Part shown: positions 8,910-19,653 of the stretch, one piece after another | How positions within the stretch are numbered: the first letter of the stretch is position 1 | Layout of the letters: every line of letters begins with the position of its first letter | Assembly: GCA_963663865.1 (NCBI GenBank) | Contig: OY760686.1 | Coordinates: forward strand, 3,008,001 to 3,072,000 | Direction of reading: 5' to 3' | Source: Spirochaetota bacterium | Lineage (GTDB): Bacteria > Spirochaetota > UBA4802 > UBA5550 | DNA length: 64,000 nt | The notes under the pieces: generated by a model | Database searches by the model: none | What the model saw: the letters and a program-made list of their open reading frames with translations, nothing else | Told to the model about the DNA's origin: nothing | Position numbers and translations under genes: made by a program

Positions 8910-8943
8910 TATATTATTGACTACCATGGTAGTCAATAATATA
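8910..8943. promoter_or_regulatory. Perfect 34-bp palindrome, candidate TrmB autoregulatory operator
   Basis: TATATTATTGACTACCATGGTAGTCAATAATATA is its own reverse complement and is centred on the ATG at 8926. TTGACA lies at 8891-8896 just upstream. Confidence 0.65.
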
Positions 8944-9738
8944 ACATCAATGCTCTCCGAGCTCGGCTTTTCCGATTATGAAGGGGCCGCCTACACCGCG
9001 CTTCTGACTAAACATCCGTCAACAGCCTATGAAACCGCAAAAGAAGCGGGCATTCCGACTTCAAAAATATACGGGGCTCTTGACCGCCTGGCGTCAAAAG
9101 GCGCTGTCTCTGTCAGTGTAGAAAACGGCAAAAAGCTGTTCATACCCAGAAAGGCTTCTGAGCTTATCGCGGAAAAGCGGCAAAATATAAACTGCACCCT
9201 GGACCTTCTGGAGGATGAGCTCTCAAAGATCAAGGCGCCGTCCGAAACCGCCCAGATGTGGGTTATCAGAGACAGAGCAGCGCTTATGGACAAAGCGGGT
9301 TCAATGATTTCGGCATCGTCAAAGTCCGTTCTCCTGTCCGCATGGGACAATGAGCTGACAGCGCTTTCTACTCAGCTTTTGGAATGCCGATCAAGAAAAG
9401 TCCGCCTGTCGACTGTTCACTTCGGAGATACCGCTGTTGAAGCCGGCCAGATGTTCAGCCATCCTATAAGCGACACAATCCACAATGAGAAGGGAGGAAG
9501 GGGCTTTACCCTTGTCCGCGACTCCAGTGAAGCCCTTGTGGCAACGATTTCTGAGGATGGAACTGCCGAAGGTCTCTGGAGCGGCAACTCCGGCTTTGTC
9601 ACTCTCGCTGAAGACTACATTAAACACGACATATACATCATGAAAATAGTAAGACGCTTTGACGCTATGCTGGAATCGAAGTTCGGTAAAAAATACAAAT
9701 TGCTGCGGAATGTTTTCGCGGACCAGGAGGTAAAATGA
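8926..9738 (+). CDS. TrmB-family transcriptional regulator
   Basis: LSELGFSDYEGAAYTALL...TAYETAKEAGIPTSKIYGALDRLASKGAV wHTH plus a C-terminal effector domain. The start is likely 8926 or 8950 rather than 8851. Confidence 0.88.
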   Translation: MVVNNITSMLSELGFSDYEGAAYTALLTKHPSTAYETAKEAGIPTSKIYGALDRLASKGAVSVSVENGKKLFIPRKASELIAEKRQNINCTLDLLEDELSKIKAPSETAQMWVIRDRAALMDKAGSMISASSKSVLLSAWDNELTALSTQLLECRSRKVRLSTVHFGDTAVEAGQMFSHPISDTIHNEKGGRGFTLVRDSSEALVATISEDGTAEGLWSGNSGFVTLAEDYIKHDIYIMKIVRRFDAMLESKFGKKYKLLRNVFADQEVK

Positions 9739-10586
9739 AAATCTACATTGACGGCAAGTACTATGAAAGGGATGAGGCAAAAATCTCTGTCTTTGATCAT
9801 GGACTTTTATACGGCGACGGAGTTTTTGAAGGAATCCGTGTTTACTCGGGTAAGATATTCAAACTGAAAGAACATGTGGAAAGGCTTTTTGAAAGCGCTA
9901 AAGCCCTCATGCTCGACATCGCCATGACCAGGGCGGAGATGAGCTCCGCCGTTGATGAGGCCGTCAGGATGAACGCCCTGAATGACGGATACGTCCGCCT
10001 GGTGGTAACCCGCGGAAAGGGCGATCTGGGCTTAAACCCATTTCTATGTCCAAAAAGCACTGTTATAATTATCGCGGACACGATTCAGCTCTATCCGAAG
10101 GAGTACTACAGCGCAGGAATTTCAATTATAACGTCCTCTCTGAGGCGCACACCCGCTGACTCCCTTGACCCGAGGATCAAGTCGCTTAACTACCTCAACA
10201 GCATTCAGGCGAAGATCGAAGCTGTTAATGCCGGATGCCTTGAAGCGGTCATGCTTAACCGCGAAGGACTTGTTACCGAATGTACCGGTGACAATATCTT
10301 CATCTTCCGGAAGGGAATACTCACAAGCCCGTCTTCCGTGTTCGGGTCTCTTGACGGCATTACGAGGCAGACCGTTCTCGAACTTGCGGCAAAAGCGGAC
10401 ATCCCCTGTGGAGAAAGCGCCATTACACTCTTTGACCTGTACAACTCGGAGGAATGCTTTCTGACCGGATCGGGCGCAGAGCTGATACCTGTAACGAAGA
10501 TTGACGGGCGTACAATTTGCGACGGGAAGCCCGGCCCTGTCTTCAGGAGGCTTTCAGAGTTATTCTCTGAGGCCGTAAGAGCATAA
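9735..10586 (+). CDS. ilvE: Branched-chain amino acid aminotransferase (class IV PLP)
   Basis: DHGLLYGDGVFEGIRVY, IKSLNYLNSI, ECTGDNIF, LDGITRQTV and ECFLTGSGAELIPV. ATGA overlap with TrmB. Confidence 0.93.
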   Translation: MKIYIDGKYYERDEAKISVFDHGLLYGDGVFEGIRVYSGKIFKLKEHVERLFESAKALMLDIAMTRAEMSSAVDEAVRMNALNDGYVRLVVTRGKGDLGLNPFLCPKSTVIIIADTIQLYPKEYYSAGISIITSSLRRTPADSLDPRIKSLNYLNSIQAKIEAVNAGCLEAVMLNREGLVTECTGDNIFIFRKGILTSPSSVFGSLDGITRQTVLELAAKADIPCGESAITLFDLYNSEECFLTGSGAELIPVTKIDGRTICDGKPGPVFRRLSELFSEAVRA

Positions 10587-10731
10587 AAGGAAGGGGCTTC
10601 CCCGCCAGGGTCAGCCCCGAAATAAATAAAACACTATTTTAGACAAGCGCCCCGTATTTGACTGATCAAAACGAGACAGTCTTAAAAATTTACGCCGCTT
10701 GAGAGCAAGTCTCAGTCAACAACTTTTCTTA

Positions 10732-12567
10732 TTATGGAAGATTGTACCCATTATCGCTTATTGAGCTGTCATCTGCCGGAAGCGTATAGGTAACGGACTC
10801 AATCGAAATCGAGCCATCGGCTTCCCTGCTGAACTGACACAGAAAGTCCCACGCGGCCCAGCTGTTGCGCGCGTAAACCTCGTGGCTCTGGTTTGAGGCG
10901 CTGGCAAGTGCCGTGTAGTAATTCCCGTCACTGCTCTCGAACAGAAGCACTGTAAGCGTGCTGTCTGTAAATGCCGCATGGTCTGTAACCTGATACACGA
11001 TATCTCCTGGCGCTGCCCATATCTCGTTGTCCCAGACTGTCTGATCTTCGAAGGTATAGCTATAGGGATTAACCACTCCGTTGACCGTGAACACAGTTTT
11101 CACCCTGTCGAATACATCTGCCGACTGTTTGGGCATTTCAGCAAGCGGAGAGGTTTCGCCGGCCACAAAAAATACAGGGAGCAGAGTATCAGAATTCGGG
11201 TTCTCTACAGTGTTACTCCAGCTGTCCGTTCCCGGAGCGAAAGAAGCATCCTGCGGAGAAACGGCGGCAAATACTTCCGGGAACTGCTCATAGATGTCCC
11301 AGCTTTTTGCTCCGCCCATTGAAAACCCTGAAGCGTATATCTTCTTCTCGTTGATTGAGTACTCTGTTTTGAGATGCTCTATAAGCTGGACAATTTCTCC
11401 AGCTGAGCAGTCCGGGTGATGATGATCAACACTGACAGCAATAAAACCATGCTCTTTCGCTATCAGAGGCCACTCGGAAGCCTGGGCCTCATAGAGAGCG
11501 GTATTGCCTCCGCCATGGAAACAGAATACAAGCGGAACATTGCCCGCTTCAATGTCGAGGTCGTCAGCATAATAGACAATGTAATTGACGGGATGCGTTT
11601 CAGTGCCTGCATATGTTTCACTGCCATTGTCATCTGTCGTGTTGACCGTAGCAGCGCCTATCTCTTCCACAATGCCCAGAGCTGCATAGTCATGCACCGG
11701 CAGGAGAACCCCGTTCTGTCTTCTATTATTGCCTATTACCGTCTCGAACTCTGCAGCATAATCAGCCTCATCCTTTATCAGCACTGATCCGCAGCTTGCC
11801 TGCAAGGCTGTGTTGACAGCGCTGCTGTTGCCTATTGAGACAACCGGCATATCATTTGCTTCAAAGGACTCTGCCACACCGTCATTGGAAATGCCCTCAA
11901 GAGTAAGTCCTGTTGGAGTCAGTGTAGTTGTCATTCCCCAGGGAGTCTGCCCTGTTATCGGCTTTACGTAATGTGAAGCGGCGAAATCTGCTCCGGCGCC
12001 TGCAGCATAGACATACAGCCTCTGCTGAGTGCCTGAAATACCCCTTTCCTCAGCCTGGGTCATAAAGTTTATTGAGACAGCTATACCGTCCTCGACAGCC
12101 GCTGTCGAGCTGTCACTCACCTTCTGAGCTACTGCTGCGTAGGCGCCTTCGTCCTCTGCCGTCCATGTTTCTCCGTTGGACGGTTTAACAAAGACAACCG
12201 AAGAACCATTCTCAGCTGCAATTTCTGCCAGGCCGCTTTCATTGGCATATTCGACTGCCTCTGAATCGGAAAGTGCTCCGTCTCCAAAGACAATAATTGC
12301 CGGAGCTGTACATGTTGTCTTCACGCCAAGTTCGTCGGCCTCGTTAGGTTCAGGGTAATAGACCAGCACCGTGTAATCACCTGCCACAAGCTGCGAGACA
12401 GTTGAGCCATAAGCTGGAACATACGGGTTATCATCATCGTCATCGCCAACGGGCGGTTTAACACTTCCATTGTCGCTGCTCTCCGAATCATCGCCGCATG
12501 CTGTAAAAAGAAAAAGCGAGGCTGCCGCGATTAGCGCCAGCATAAGGTGGAAAAATTTACTTCTCAT
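10732..12567 (-). CDS. Lipoprotein alpha/beta-hydrolase (PHB-depolymerase/esterase-like)
   Basis: Lipobox LFTAC, acidic linker, PLVFCFHGGG oxyanion motif, GFSMG nucleophile elbow and a C-terminal His (QSHEV). Confidence 0.8.
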   Translation of the reverse strand: MRSKFFHLMLALIAAASLFLFTACGDDSESSDNGSVKPPVGDDDDDNPYVPAYGSTVSQLVAGDYTVLVYYPEPNEADELGVKTTCTAPAIIVFGDGALSDSEAVEYANESGLAEIAAENGSSVVFVKPSNGETWTAEDEGAYAAVAQKVSDSSTAAVEDGIAVSINFMTQAEERGISGTQQRLYVYAAGAGADFAASHYVKPITGQTPWGMTTTLTPTGLTLEGISNDGVAESFEANDMPVVSIGNSSAVNTALQASCGSVLIKDEADYAAEFETVIGNNRRQNGVLLPVHDYAALGIVEEIGAATVNTTDDNGSETYAGTETHPVNYIVYYADDLDIEAGNVPLVFCFHGGGNTALYEAQASEWPLIAKEHGFIAVSVDHHHPDCSAGEIVQLIEHLKTEYSINEKKIYASGFSMGGAKSWDIYEQFPEVFAAVSPQDASFAPGTDSWSNTVENPNSDTLLPVFFVAGETSPLAEMPKQSADVFDRVKTVFTVNGVVNPYSYTFEDQTVWDNEIWAAPGDIVYQVTDHAAFTDSTLTVLLFESSDGNYYTALASASNQSHEVYARNSWAAWDFLCQFSREADGSISIESVTYTLPADDSSISDNGYNLP

Positions 12568-12701
12568 GAACGCGTCCTCCCAAAATAGATTTTGTGGAGG
12601 AATTATAGCTTTTTGATTTTCAAAATCGACAAAGCCTATACGATTTTCCGTATTTTTATTTTTAGCGATATATTAAGAACAGAGCAATTATTCTAACCGG
12701 A

Positions 12702-13832
12702 CTATTTCATGGCACTCTTCCTGAAAGCTGACGGGGTCATTCCAGTGTGTTTTTTAAAGGCCGTGTTGAATGTCTGCTTCGTGTTAAATCCGGACTGCAT
12801 CGCAGCGGTTATCACACTGCAGGAGTCCAGCATCAATAGACGCCTGGCCTCCTCCACCCTGTAGGAATTGACAAAGTCAAAAAACTTCATCCCCGTGTAT
12901 CTGTTAATAGCCTCTGAAAGGTGGTTCCTGGATACCCTGAGTTCTTCCGCAAGATTATCCAGCGTAAGTTCCGGTTCAAGATACGGCTTCTCATCCTCCA
13001 TGTAGGCCCTGAGCCTGTCAAGCATGCGGCCGGCAATGTCCGGAGAAAGCGACGATCTGGAGTACCTCGACTGCTGCGCCCCCCCTTCAGCCTGGATAGC
13101 AGTATACACCTGCGGATTAAACATTATCTTGAAGCTAATCCCGTAAATCAGCACTCCCGATAGAATCATTAAAATGAAAAAATTGAAAGGAAGATTAATT
13201 TGGTTAACAATCGCGATACCAACCAGCAGGTGAAGGGAATAGACAACAAGAAGGATGTTCTTGAAGAAAGACAGCCAGGAGAGGTTTATCTTTTCAATTG
13301 ATGAATACAGATTTTTAATCCTGTCTCTATAATTCCTGATGAGCCTGCTGCTGAAAAACAGATAAATAAACATCTGAGCGTTAAATGACAGCATCACTGT
13401 GTTTATACGGCAATCAATTATCCGGTGAAGATTAAAAAGATAGTCAAGCTTTGCCTCAGCTCCCTGAAAGAACCTCGGGAACAGTACCGCTATTGAAAGC
13501 ACAAACGGAATAAAGTGCAGCAGATAAAACCATCTCTTCCGATACGATTTGCCTGTCATTTTCATACAATAAAAATAAAAAAGCGGGGCAAGAAGAAACA
13601 GTATTGGAATCTCTGTCCATAGCAAATGCGGAACGATGAAAACCAGGTTTGTAAAATCCCTGATTATATTTGTCGTGGAGTAGGTATATGCCAGCACAAA
13701 GAGAGCAAGCAGCATATTGCCTCTGCTTTCCGCGCTCTTGTACTTTAGGATAACGATTCCGAGGAAAAACCCCTGTAGCGATATTATAATCGCGGTAATG
13801 GAAAAGATATTGAAATTTACATCCACAGCCAT
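12702..13832 (-). CDS. Membrane-anchored AraC-family regulator (about 7 TM + C-terminal HTH)
   Basis: Multiple hydrophobic helices, then EKPYLEPELTLDNLAEEL...FFDFVNSYRVEEA...SGFNTKQTFNTAFKKHTGMTPS. A CAGGAG RBS precedes ATG 13832. Confidence 0.88.
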   Translation of the reverse strand: MAVDVNFNIFSITAIIISLQGFFLGIVILKYKSAESRGNMLLALFVLAYTYSTTNIIRDFTNLVFIVPHLLWTEIPILFLLAPLFYFYCMKMTGKSYRKRWFYLLHFIPFVLSIAVLFPRFFQGAEAKLDYLFNLHRIIDCRINTVMLSFNAQMFIYLFFSSRLIRNYRDRIKNLYSSIEKINLSWLSFFKNILLVVYSLHLLVGIAIVNQINLPFNFFILMILSGVLIYGISFKIMFNPQVYTAIQAEGGAQQSRYSRSSLSPDIAGRMLDRLRAYMEDEKPYLEPELTLDNLAEELRVSRNHLSEAINRYTGMKFFDFVNSYRVEEARRLLMLDSCSVITAAMQSGFNTKQTFNTAFKKHTGMTPSAFRKSAMK

Positions 13833-13992
13833 ATTACTCCTGATTTCAAAGCCAGTTAGCAGCATTCAGTCAATATATTATGCCAATAGGCCATATCGAC
13901 CTGCAAAGTACTTTTTGGATAAGCGGCCATTTTTTATTCAGCTCATTATTCCCCCTTAAAAAAACCTTACTTTTTATGAGAATACTGTACCC

Positions 13993-14021
13993 TTGACTTT
14001 AAGCCATTAGTTATGTAGATT
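13993..14021 (+). promoter_or_regulatory. Putative sigma70-type promoter of clpB
   Basis: TTGACT-N17-TAGATT about 95 bp upstream of the clpB ATG. Confidence 0.45.
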
Positions 14022-14116
14022 AATATATAGATGTTTGTATTGTACCGGGCAGCCCGGCACGAAAAGAGAAAGTAGCGCCGTTCATAAGCGGCGCCGTCAC
14101 ATATGGAGAGACAGTT

Positions 14117-16690
14117 ATGAGAATGGACAAACTCACACTGAAGGCACAGGACGCTTTTGCCTCCGCGCAGGAGGCAGCGACCGTGGGAAATCACGCGGAG
14201 ATTATGCCCGCGCACATGCTCATGGCTTTGATTGAGCAGCAGGACGGAATATTTACTCCGATTGCGCAGAAGATCGGAGCTGACCCTCACGAGCTTAAGG
14301 CCGAGACAGAAGCTCTAATAGCTTCGCTGCCCAGGCAGATCGGCGGCGGGCCGGGCGGCGGTGCCCTTTCGCAATCAATGCGCGGCATTCTGAACGAAGC
14401 ATGGAATGAGGCAGTTAAACTCGGGGACTCATACCTCAGCACCGAGCACCTTGTTATCGCGCTTGCTTCTTCGGGGGGGGATAAGACCCGTCAGATACTG
14501 AATGCCTCGGGTTTTAACAGAGATAACATTCTGAAGGTGCTTAAAGACATCAGAGGCAGCAAGCGAGCCGCAAGCGAGAGCGCCGAAGACAGCTACAACT
14601 CACTTGAAAAATACAGCCGCGACCTTACACGGCTCGCGCGCATGAACAAGCTCGACCCTGTAATCGGCCGCGATGAAGAGATACGTCGCGTGATGCAGGT
14701 CCTGTCTCGCAGAACAAAGAACAATCCTGTCTTGATTGGAGAACCCGGTGTCGGTAAGACCGCCATTGTTGAAGGCCTCGCGCAGCGAATAGTCGAAGGC
14801 GATGTTCCCGAAAACCTTAAGAACAAGCGACTGGCCGGTCTCGACATGGGCGCCCTTATCGCTGGCGCTAAGTACCGGGGCGAGTTCGAAGAGAGACTCA
14901 AGTCAGTCGTTCAGGAAATCGAAGAGTCGAACGGCGAGATCATCCTGTTTATCGATGAGCTCCACACGCTTGTCGGAGCCGGGGCTTCCGAGGGCGGCAC
15001 TGACGCCTCCAACCTGCTAAAGCCCGCTCTCGCAAGAGGAGACATGAGGACAATCGGAGCCACCACGCTCAATGAGTACCAGAAGTACATTGAGAAGGAC
15101 AAGGCCCTTGAACGTCGCTTTCAGCCGGTATTCGCCAAAGAGCCTACCGTTGACGACACCATTGCCATTCTCCGCGGGCTCAAAGAGAAGTATGAGATTC
15201 ACCACGGTGTCAGAATCTCCGACTCGGCTGTTGTCGCGGCGGCAGTACTTTCAAACAGGTATATTACCGACCGTTTTCTTCCTGACAAGGCGGTAGACCT
15301 GATAGATGAATCAGCTTCGCTGATAAAGATGTCTATCGACTCAATGCCTATTGAGATAGACGAAATTGAAAGACGGATTCGTCAGCTCACGATTGAAAAG
15401 CAGGCGCTGAAAAAGGAAAAGGACAAGCCATCAAAGGAAAGACTTTCGAAAATCGAAGAGGAGCTTGCCAATCTGACTGAACAGAAATCAGCGCTTGTGG
15501 CCCAGTGGAACCGGGAGAAGGAGATGATTACCGGAATAAGCACCCTTAAAGCCGAGATAGACCACCTCAGACAGGAGGAGCAGCGGGCTGAACGCGAGGG
15601 CAACCTCAACCGTGTTGCTGAAATCCGCTACGGAAAAATAGTGGAACTCGAGAAACAGATCTCCGAGCTCAACGAAAAAATTCGCAAATCGGAGGGCCCC
15701 ACCCTTCTGAAGGAAGAGGTGACCGAACAGGAGATCGCCGCCGTTGTATCAAGATGGACGGGCATACCCGTAAACCGCATGCTTGAAGGAGAGAGAGACA
15801 AGCTGCTCAAAATGGAAGACATACTCAAAACGAGGGTTGTCGGCCAGGAGCAGGCCATCTCCGCCATATCGGACTCGGTGCGCCGTTCACGCTCAGGCAT
15901 TCAGGACCCCAACCGGCCCATGGGAACATTCATCTTTTTAGGCCCGACAGGAGTCGGCAAAACCGAGACAGCCAAGGCTGTCGCTGAATTTCTTTTCAAC
16001 GACGAACACGCCATGGTCAGAATCGACATGTCCGAGTACATGGAGAAGCATGCCGTCTCCAGGCTGATCGGGGCACCTCCCGGATACGTGGGCTACGACG
16101 AGGGCGGACAGCTGACAGAGGCCGTAAGGAGAAGGCCCTACTCGGTCATACTCTTCGATGAGATTGAGAAAGCACATCCTGACGTATTTAACATATTCCT
16201 TCAGATTCTTGATGAAGGACGGCTAACTGATTCAAAGGGCCGCAGGGTCGACTTCAGAAACACGCTGATTATTATGACTTCAAACCTGGGAACATCGTAC
16301 ATCAGCGACACCTCAATTCCTATGAAGGACAGGGAAAGAGGCGTAGAGGCCGAGCTGAAGGCGAACTTTAAGCCTGAATTCCTCAACCGCGTTGACGAGA
16401 CGATTATTTTCAATCCGCTTTCGAAGGAGCATATCGGAGGCATTGTAAAGCTGCAGCTCCGCGAGGTCGCGAAACGGCTCAGGGAAAGAGGAATCACCCT
16501 GGAGCTCTCCACAAGGGCCGTAGAGTTTCTGGTCGATGAGGGCTACGATCCGCAGTTCGGAGCAAGGCCGCTCAAGCGGGCAATTCAGAGACACCTTCTG
16601 AATCCTCTCTCAGTCAAGCTCCTCTCCGGCGAGATAGCTGATGAACAGAAGATAAAAGTGGACTTTGACGGTACTGGCTTAAAGTTCTGA
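14117..16690 (+). CDS. clpB: ATP-dependent chaperone ClpB
   Basis: Clp N-domain, two AAA+ modules ([17 protein letters not shown]), coiled-coil M-domain (RVAEIRYG) and [11 protein letters not shown]. Confidence 0.97.
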   Translation: MRMDKLTLKAQDAFASAQEAATVGNHAEIMPAHMLMALIEQQDGIFTPIAQKIGADPHELKAETEALIASLPRQIGGGPGGGALSQSMRGILNEAWNEAVKLGDSYLSTEHLVIALASSGGDKTRQILNASGFNRDNILKVLKDIRGSKRAASESAEDSYNSLEKYSRDLTRLARMNKLDPVIGRDEEIRRVMQVLSRRTKNNPVLIGEPGVGKTAIVEGLAQRIVEGDVPENLKNKRLAGLDMGALIAGAKYRGEFEERLKSVVQEIEESNGEIILFIDELHTLVGAGASEGGTDASNLLKPALARGDMRTIGATTLNEYQKYIEKDKALERRFQPVFAKEPTVDDTIAILRGLKEKYEIHHGVRISDSAVVAAAVLSNRYITDRFLPDKAVDLIDESASLIKMSIDSMPIEIDEIERRIRQLTIEKQALKKEKDKPSKERLSKIEEELANLTEQKSALVAQWNREKEMITGISTLKAEIDHLRQEEQRAEREGNLNRVAEIRYGKIVELEKQISELNEKIRKSEGPTLLKEEVTEQEIAAVVSRWTGIPVNRMLEGERDKLLKMEDILKTRVVGQEQAISAISDSVRRSRSGIQDPNRPMGTFIFLGPTGVGKTETAKAVAEFLFNDEHAMVRIDMSEYMEKHAVSRLIGAPPGYVGYDEGGQLTEAVRRRPYSVILFDEIEKAHPDVFNIFLQILDEGRLTDSKGRRVDFRNTLIIMTSNLGTSYISDTSIPMKDRERGVEAELKANFKPEFLNRVDETIIFNPLSKEHIGGIVKLQLREVAKRLRERGITLELSTRAVEFLVDEGYDPQFGARPLKRAIQRHLLNPLSVKLLSGEIADEQKIKVDFDGTGLKF

Positions 16691-16697
16691 AAGACTC

Positions 16698-16733
16698 CCT
16701 GCCGCCGGACCGATTGAAAGGCTCGGCGGCAGG
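16698..16733 (+). terminator. Stem-loop after clpB
   Basis: CCTGCCGCCG...CGGCGGCAGG 10-bp perfect arms directly after the stop codon. Confidence 0.5.
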
Positions 16734-16852
16734 TTAAAATATCCCCCCTTTTATATTTTTTTCTTGTCAACTAACTCAAATTAGTATATATATTGACGCT
16801 TCACTGCATTTTAAATATATTCAACAGTTAAGATAACAACGGAGGACGACTT

Positions 16853-17962
16853 ATGAGAAAGATTTCCCTACTATTAGCCTCTCTCGCGCTAATAGCCGTA
16901 TCCGGCCCGCTGTTCGCAGGCAAGATTCAATACAGCGGAACGGCCCCGACTATCAGCACAGGCAACGCTGCAATCGACAGTGTTCTCAACGCTCAGCTTC
17001 AGGCGACATTCGACCAGCTGCTTGTTCAGGCGACTGATCAGCTCGACAACATCAACGACATGCCTGATTTCATGAAGTCCATGTCTACAGCAAACGCTTT
17101 CACCTCACACGCCGCGACGCAGAGAAACTTCCAGAACTACGACATCTTCGCCATCTCAATCGGTACAATGGGAAGCGCTGTTGTTCCCGGTCTGTCAACA
17201 GATAAATTAGGAAATGTAGCTGATGATCTGACGGACGAAGGTGACGCTGAAGTCGGGGCCGCGTGGCAGACATGGGCCGCCCAGATCGGCATAAACGCGG
17301 GCTTCCTCCTCGATGGGCTTTATCTCGGCGCCAAGATTGGTATGCTCAACGATCAGAAATTACCGGGGACAGACAAATTCAAGTTCGACTCGATGAACCT
17401 GGGTCTGCTTGCCAACTATGAGATAATGAAGGAGCGTTCGCTTCTGGGAGCGCTTGTCTGGAGAGGGCTCTCTTTCGGAACAGGCGTCATCTACCAGGCA
17501 AACAAAACAGATTTTCAGTTTAACGCCGGAAGCAAGTCGCTGACAAACACGGTAAGCGGCTATGACTACACAATGGAAATTGACCCTGACCTTCTCTTCA
17601 AGATGGAGTCTTCATCGGTCGTAATACCATTTGAAATATCGACCGCTGTGAGGATTCTCTGGGCTCTCAACCTATCGGTCGGAGCCGGATTTGACCTCAA
17701 CTTCGGTAAAACCGAGATCAGTATCGGAAGTAGAGCCGATGTCGACCTTGAGATGACCGGAGTAAGCGACGACATGACGACTCCGGGGCTTGTAACCGCT
17801 GATGCCAGCATAAAAAGCCAAAATGCCGAGCTTTTCACTCCAAAGCTCACCGCCGGTTTCGGCCTGGGCATGGGCCCTGTCATGATAGATATTCCAGCAA
17901 CTTTGTACTTCGGAAGCACCACCGCTTTCAGCGTTGGCCTTACTGCCGGTATTGTATTCTAA
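16853..17962 (+). CDS. Outer-membrane/surface protein, Lsa36-like (spirochaete)
   Basis: GGAGG RBS, signal peptide, alternating beta-strand pattern, VIPFEISTAVRILWALNLSVGAGFDL motif and a terminal Phe (AGIVF). Confidence 0.7.
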   Translation: MRKISLLLASLALIAVSGPLFAGKIQYSGTAPTISTGNAAIDSVLNAQLQATFDQLLVQATDQLDNINDMPDFMKSMSTANAFTSHAATQRNFQNYDIFAISIGTMGSAVVPGLSTDKLGNVADDLTDEGDAEVGAAWQTWAAQIGINAGFLLDGLYLGAKIGMLNDQKLPGTDKFKFDSMNLGLLANYEIMKERSLLGALVWRGLSFGTGVIYQANKTDFQFNAGSKSLTNTVSGYDYTMEIDPDLLFKMESSSVVIPFEISTAVRILWALNLSVGAGFDLNFGKTEISIGSRADVDLEMTGVSDDMTTPGLVTADASIKSQNAELFTPKLTAGFGLGMGPVMIDIPATLYFGSTTAFSVGLTAGIVF

Positions 17963-18001
17963 ACCCGTCTTTGATATATGAGCCGGCTAATCCGGCGCTT
18001 C

Positions 18002-18028
18002 AAACCCCGGTCATCAGGCCGGGGTTTT
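18002..18028 (+). terminator. Intrinsic terminator
   Basis: AAACCCCGG-TCATCAGG-CCGGGGTTTT. Confidence 0.65.
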
Positions 18029-18202
18029 GTTACTATGGAGCACATTTTCATCCAATGCAGCAATAAAGTTATTGATAAATCGGGGCACATGTAACATAGT
18101 GATTTGCGTTCGGGCGTCTCAGCCCTGGTATTGAATTTCAGTTCATTACTTGATATATTCACTTAATTGTCTCAAATAATATCTGAACAGCAGGAAGCGG
18201 AA

Positions 18203-18562
18203 ATGGCTAAAGCTCTGATAGTTGACGACTCAAAGTTTATGAGAAGGATAATACGGTCTGCACTCGAAGAGGCGGGCTTTGAGGTTATAGCAGAAGCTGA
18301 TAACGGCGGAGACGGCGTTAATGCGTATAAGGAACTTAAGCCGGATTTTGTCACAATGGACATAACCATGGGCGGCAAGGACGGTATGAAGGCTGCCAAA
18401 GAGATACATTCGTTCGACAATTCGGCGCGCATAATCGTCATCTCAGCGCTCAATGAGAACAGTATAAGGCTCAATGAGCCTGACATGACAGCAACAGCCT
18501 TCATAACAAAACCCTTTGATAAAACAGAGCTGATTGAAGCAATAAAAAGCCTTCTTAGCTGA
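18203..18562 (+). CDS. Single-domain CheY-like response regulator
   Basis: LIVDDSKFMR, PDFVTMDITM (phospho-Asp) and FITKPF. Confidence 0.9.
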   Translation: MAKALIVDDSKFMRRIIRSALEEAGFEVIAEADNGGDGVNAYKELKPDFVTMDITMGGKDGMKAAKEIHSFDNSARIIVISALNENSIRLNEPDMTATAFITKPFDKTELIEAIKSLLS

Positions 18563-18570
18563 CAGCAGTC

Positions 18571-19629
18571 ATGCCAGAGAATCCTGTAAAACTATACGAC
18601 ATAAACACTGAACCCTCTTCCGCTTTCTTCATTGAAAGCGGTACTGTGTTTTTTTCGCCAAACACAGTTGACTGCTATTCGGTAAACGGCCGCAACGTCA
18701 TTGTCGGTGCGACTGAGATCATCGTCGGTCTCCTTGATGGAAGGGTCCCCATGCGCATTGAATCAGCAGCCGCAGAATGCGGATCTCAAATCAAGAGAAT
18801 ATCACGGGACAGCTTCATATCAAACCTCGAAGTCCCATCCTTTTCGCTGAACATATCAATGGTAATAGCCAAGCAGGTCCTACTCACCAACAATATAATT
18901 AGCGCAAACCTCTCGGCCCTGACATGCGATACCGACCTCATGAAAAACAGCGCGATAGAGTACTACAAAATCGTGGAACGCCTGCGCGATGAATACAACA
19001 AAAGGCGTTATCCATGGCTTTCCGCGCTCGTCAAAGAACTTGAATTGAGCCTGACCTGGAAAAAGGGCGAAGCATACGCCAGGTCATCGGACCCGGTGCT
19101 CGTTAATACGGCTTCATCAGCATCAGAAAGGGTTGTTGAATATCCCCGCGGAAGCGTCATCTTCGAAGAGAACACTCCCGGTTCGGAGATGTTCATCCTT
19201 CAGAGCGGAACGCTTGAGGTCTCCATAGCCGGGCGCAAGGCTGCGGTGATAGAACAGCCCGGAACAGTAATCGGTGAAATGGCACTCCTGCTGGGAGAGA
19301 AGCGTACCGCAACCATTAAGCCTGTCAATACAGCCGTCCTGACGAGAATTACGAGAGAAGAGCTCAAGCAGAGCGCGGCCAGGGGCGGAGAGATTCTGTC
19401 TGCTGTTCTTCACTCACTGGCGAAGAGGCACTACTTCAATATAATCAGACTGCACGATATCAACGAAAAAGCCGTTGACAAAGCCCTTGAGGAAGAGGAC
19501 GCACCCTCGCGGGAAGCAGCCACAGCGCGGCGGGCGGCTTCAGAGCTGAGAAAGATGAAGGACAGAATAACTCAGGCTGTGAAAGGAAAAGACACATCTT
19601 TCCTCAAAGACCTGCTAAACAGCTTCTGA
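18571..19629 (+). CDS. Cyclic-nucleotide-binding domain protein
   Basis: YPRGSVIFEENTPGSEMFILQSGTLEV...VIGEMALLLGEKRTATI is a canonical cNMP domain. The N-terminus carries a degenerate second copy. Confidence 0.82.
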   Translation: MPENPVKLYDINTEPSSAFFIESGTVFFSPNTVDCYSVNGRNVIVGATEIIVGLLDGRVPMRIESAAAECGSQIKRISRDSFISNLEVPSFSLNISMVIAKQVLLTNNIISANLSALTCDTDLMKNSAIEYYKIVERLRDEYNKRRYPWLSALVKELELSLTWKKGEAYARSSDPVLVNTASSASERVVEYPRGSVIFEENTPGSEMFILQSGTLEVSIAGRKAAVIEQPGTVIGEMALLLGEKRTATIKPVNTAVLTRITREELKQSAARGGEILSAVLHSLAKRHYFNIIRLHDINEKAVDKALEEEDAPSREAATARRAASELRKMKDRITQAVKGKDTSFLKDLLNSF

Positions 19630-19653
19630 AGGGGCCTCGCCCCCGCAGGACTG

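Noticed and set aside
13970-14116. CIRCE/HAIR/CtsR heat-shock operator before clpB
   Set aside because: No convincing match to TTAGCACTC-N9-GAGTGCTAA or CTTGAGT-N7-ACTCAAG.
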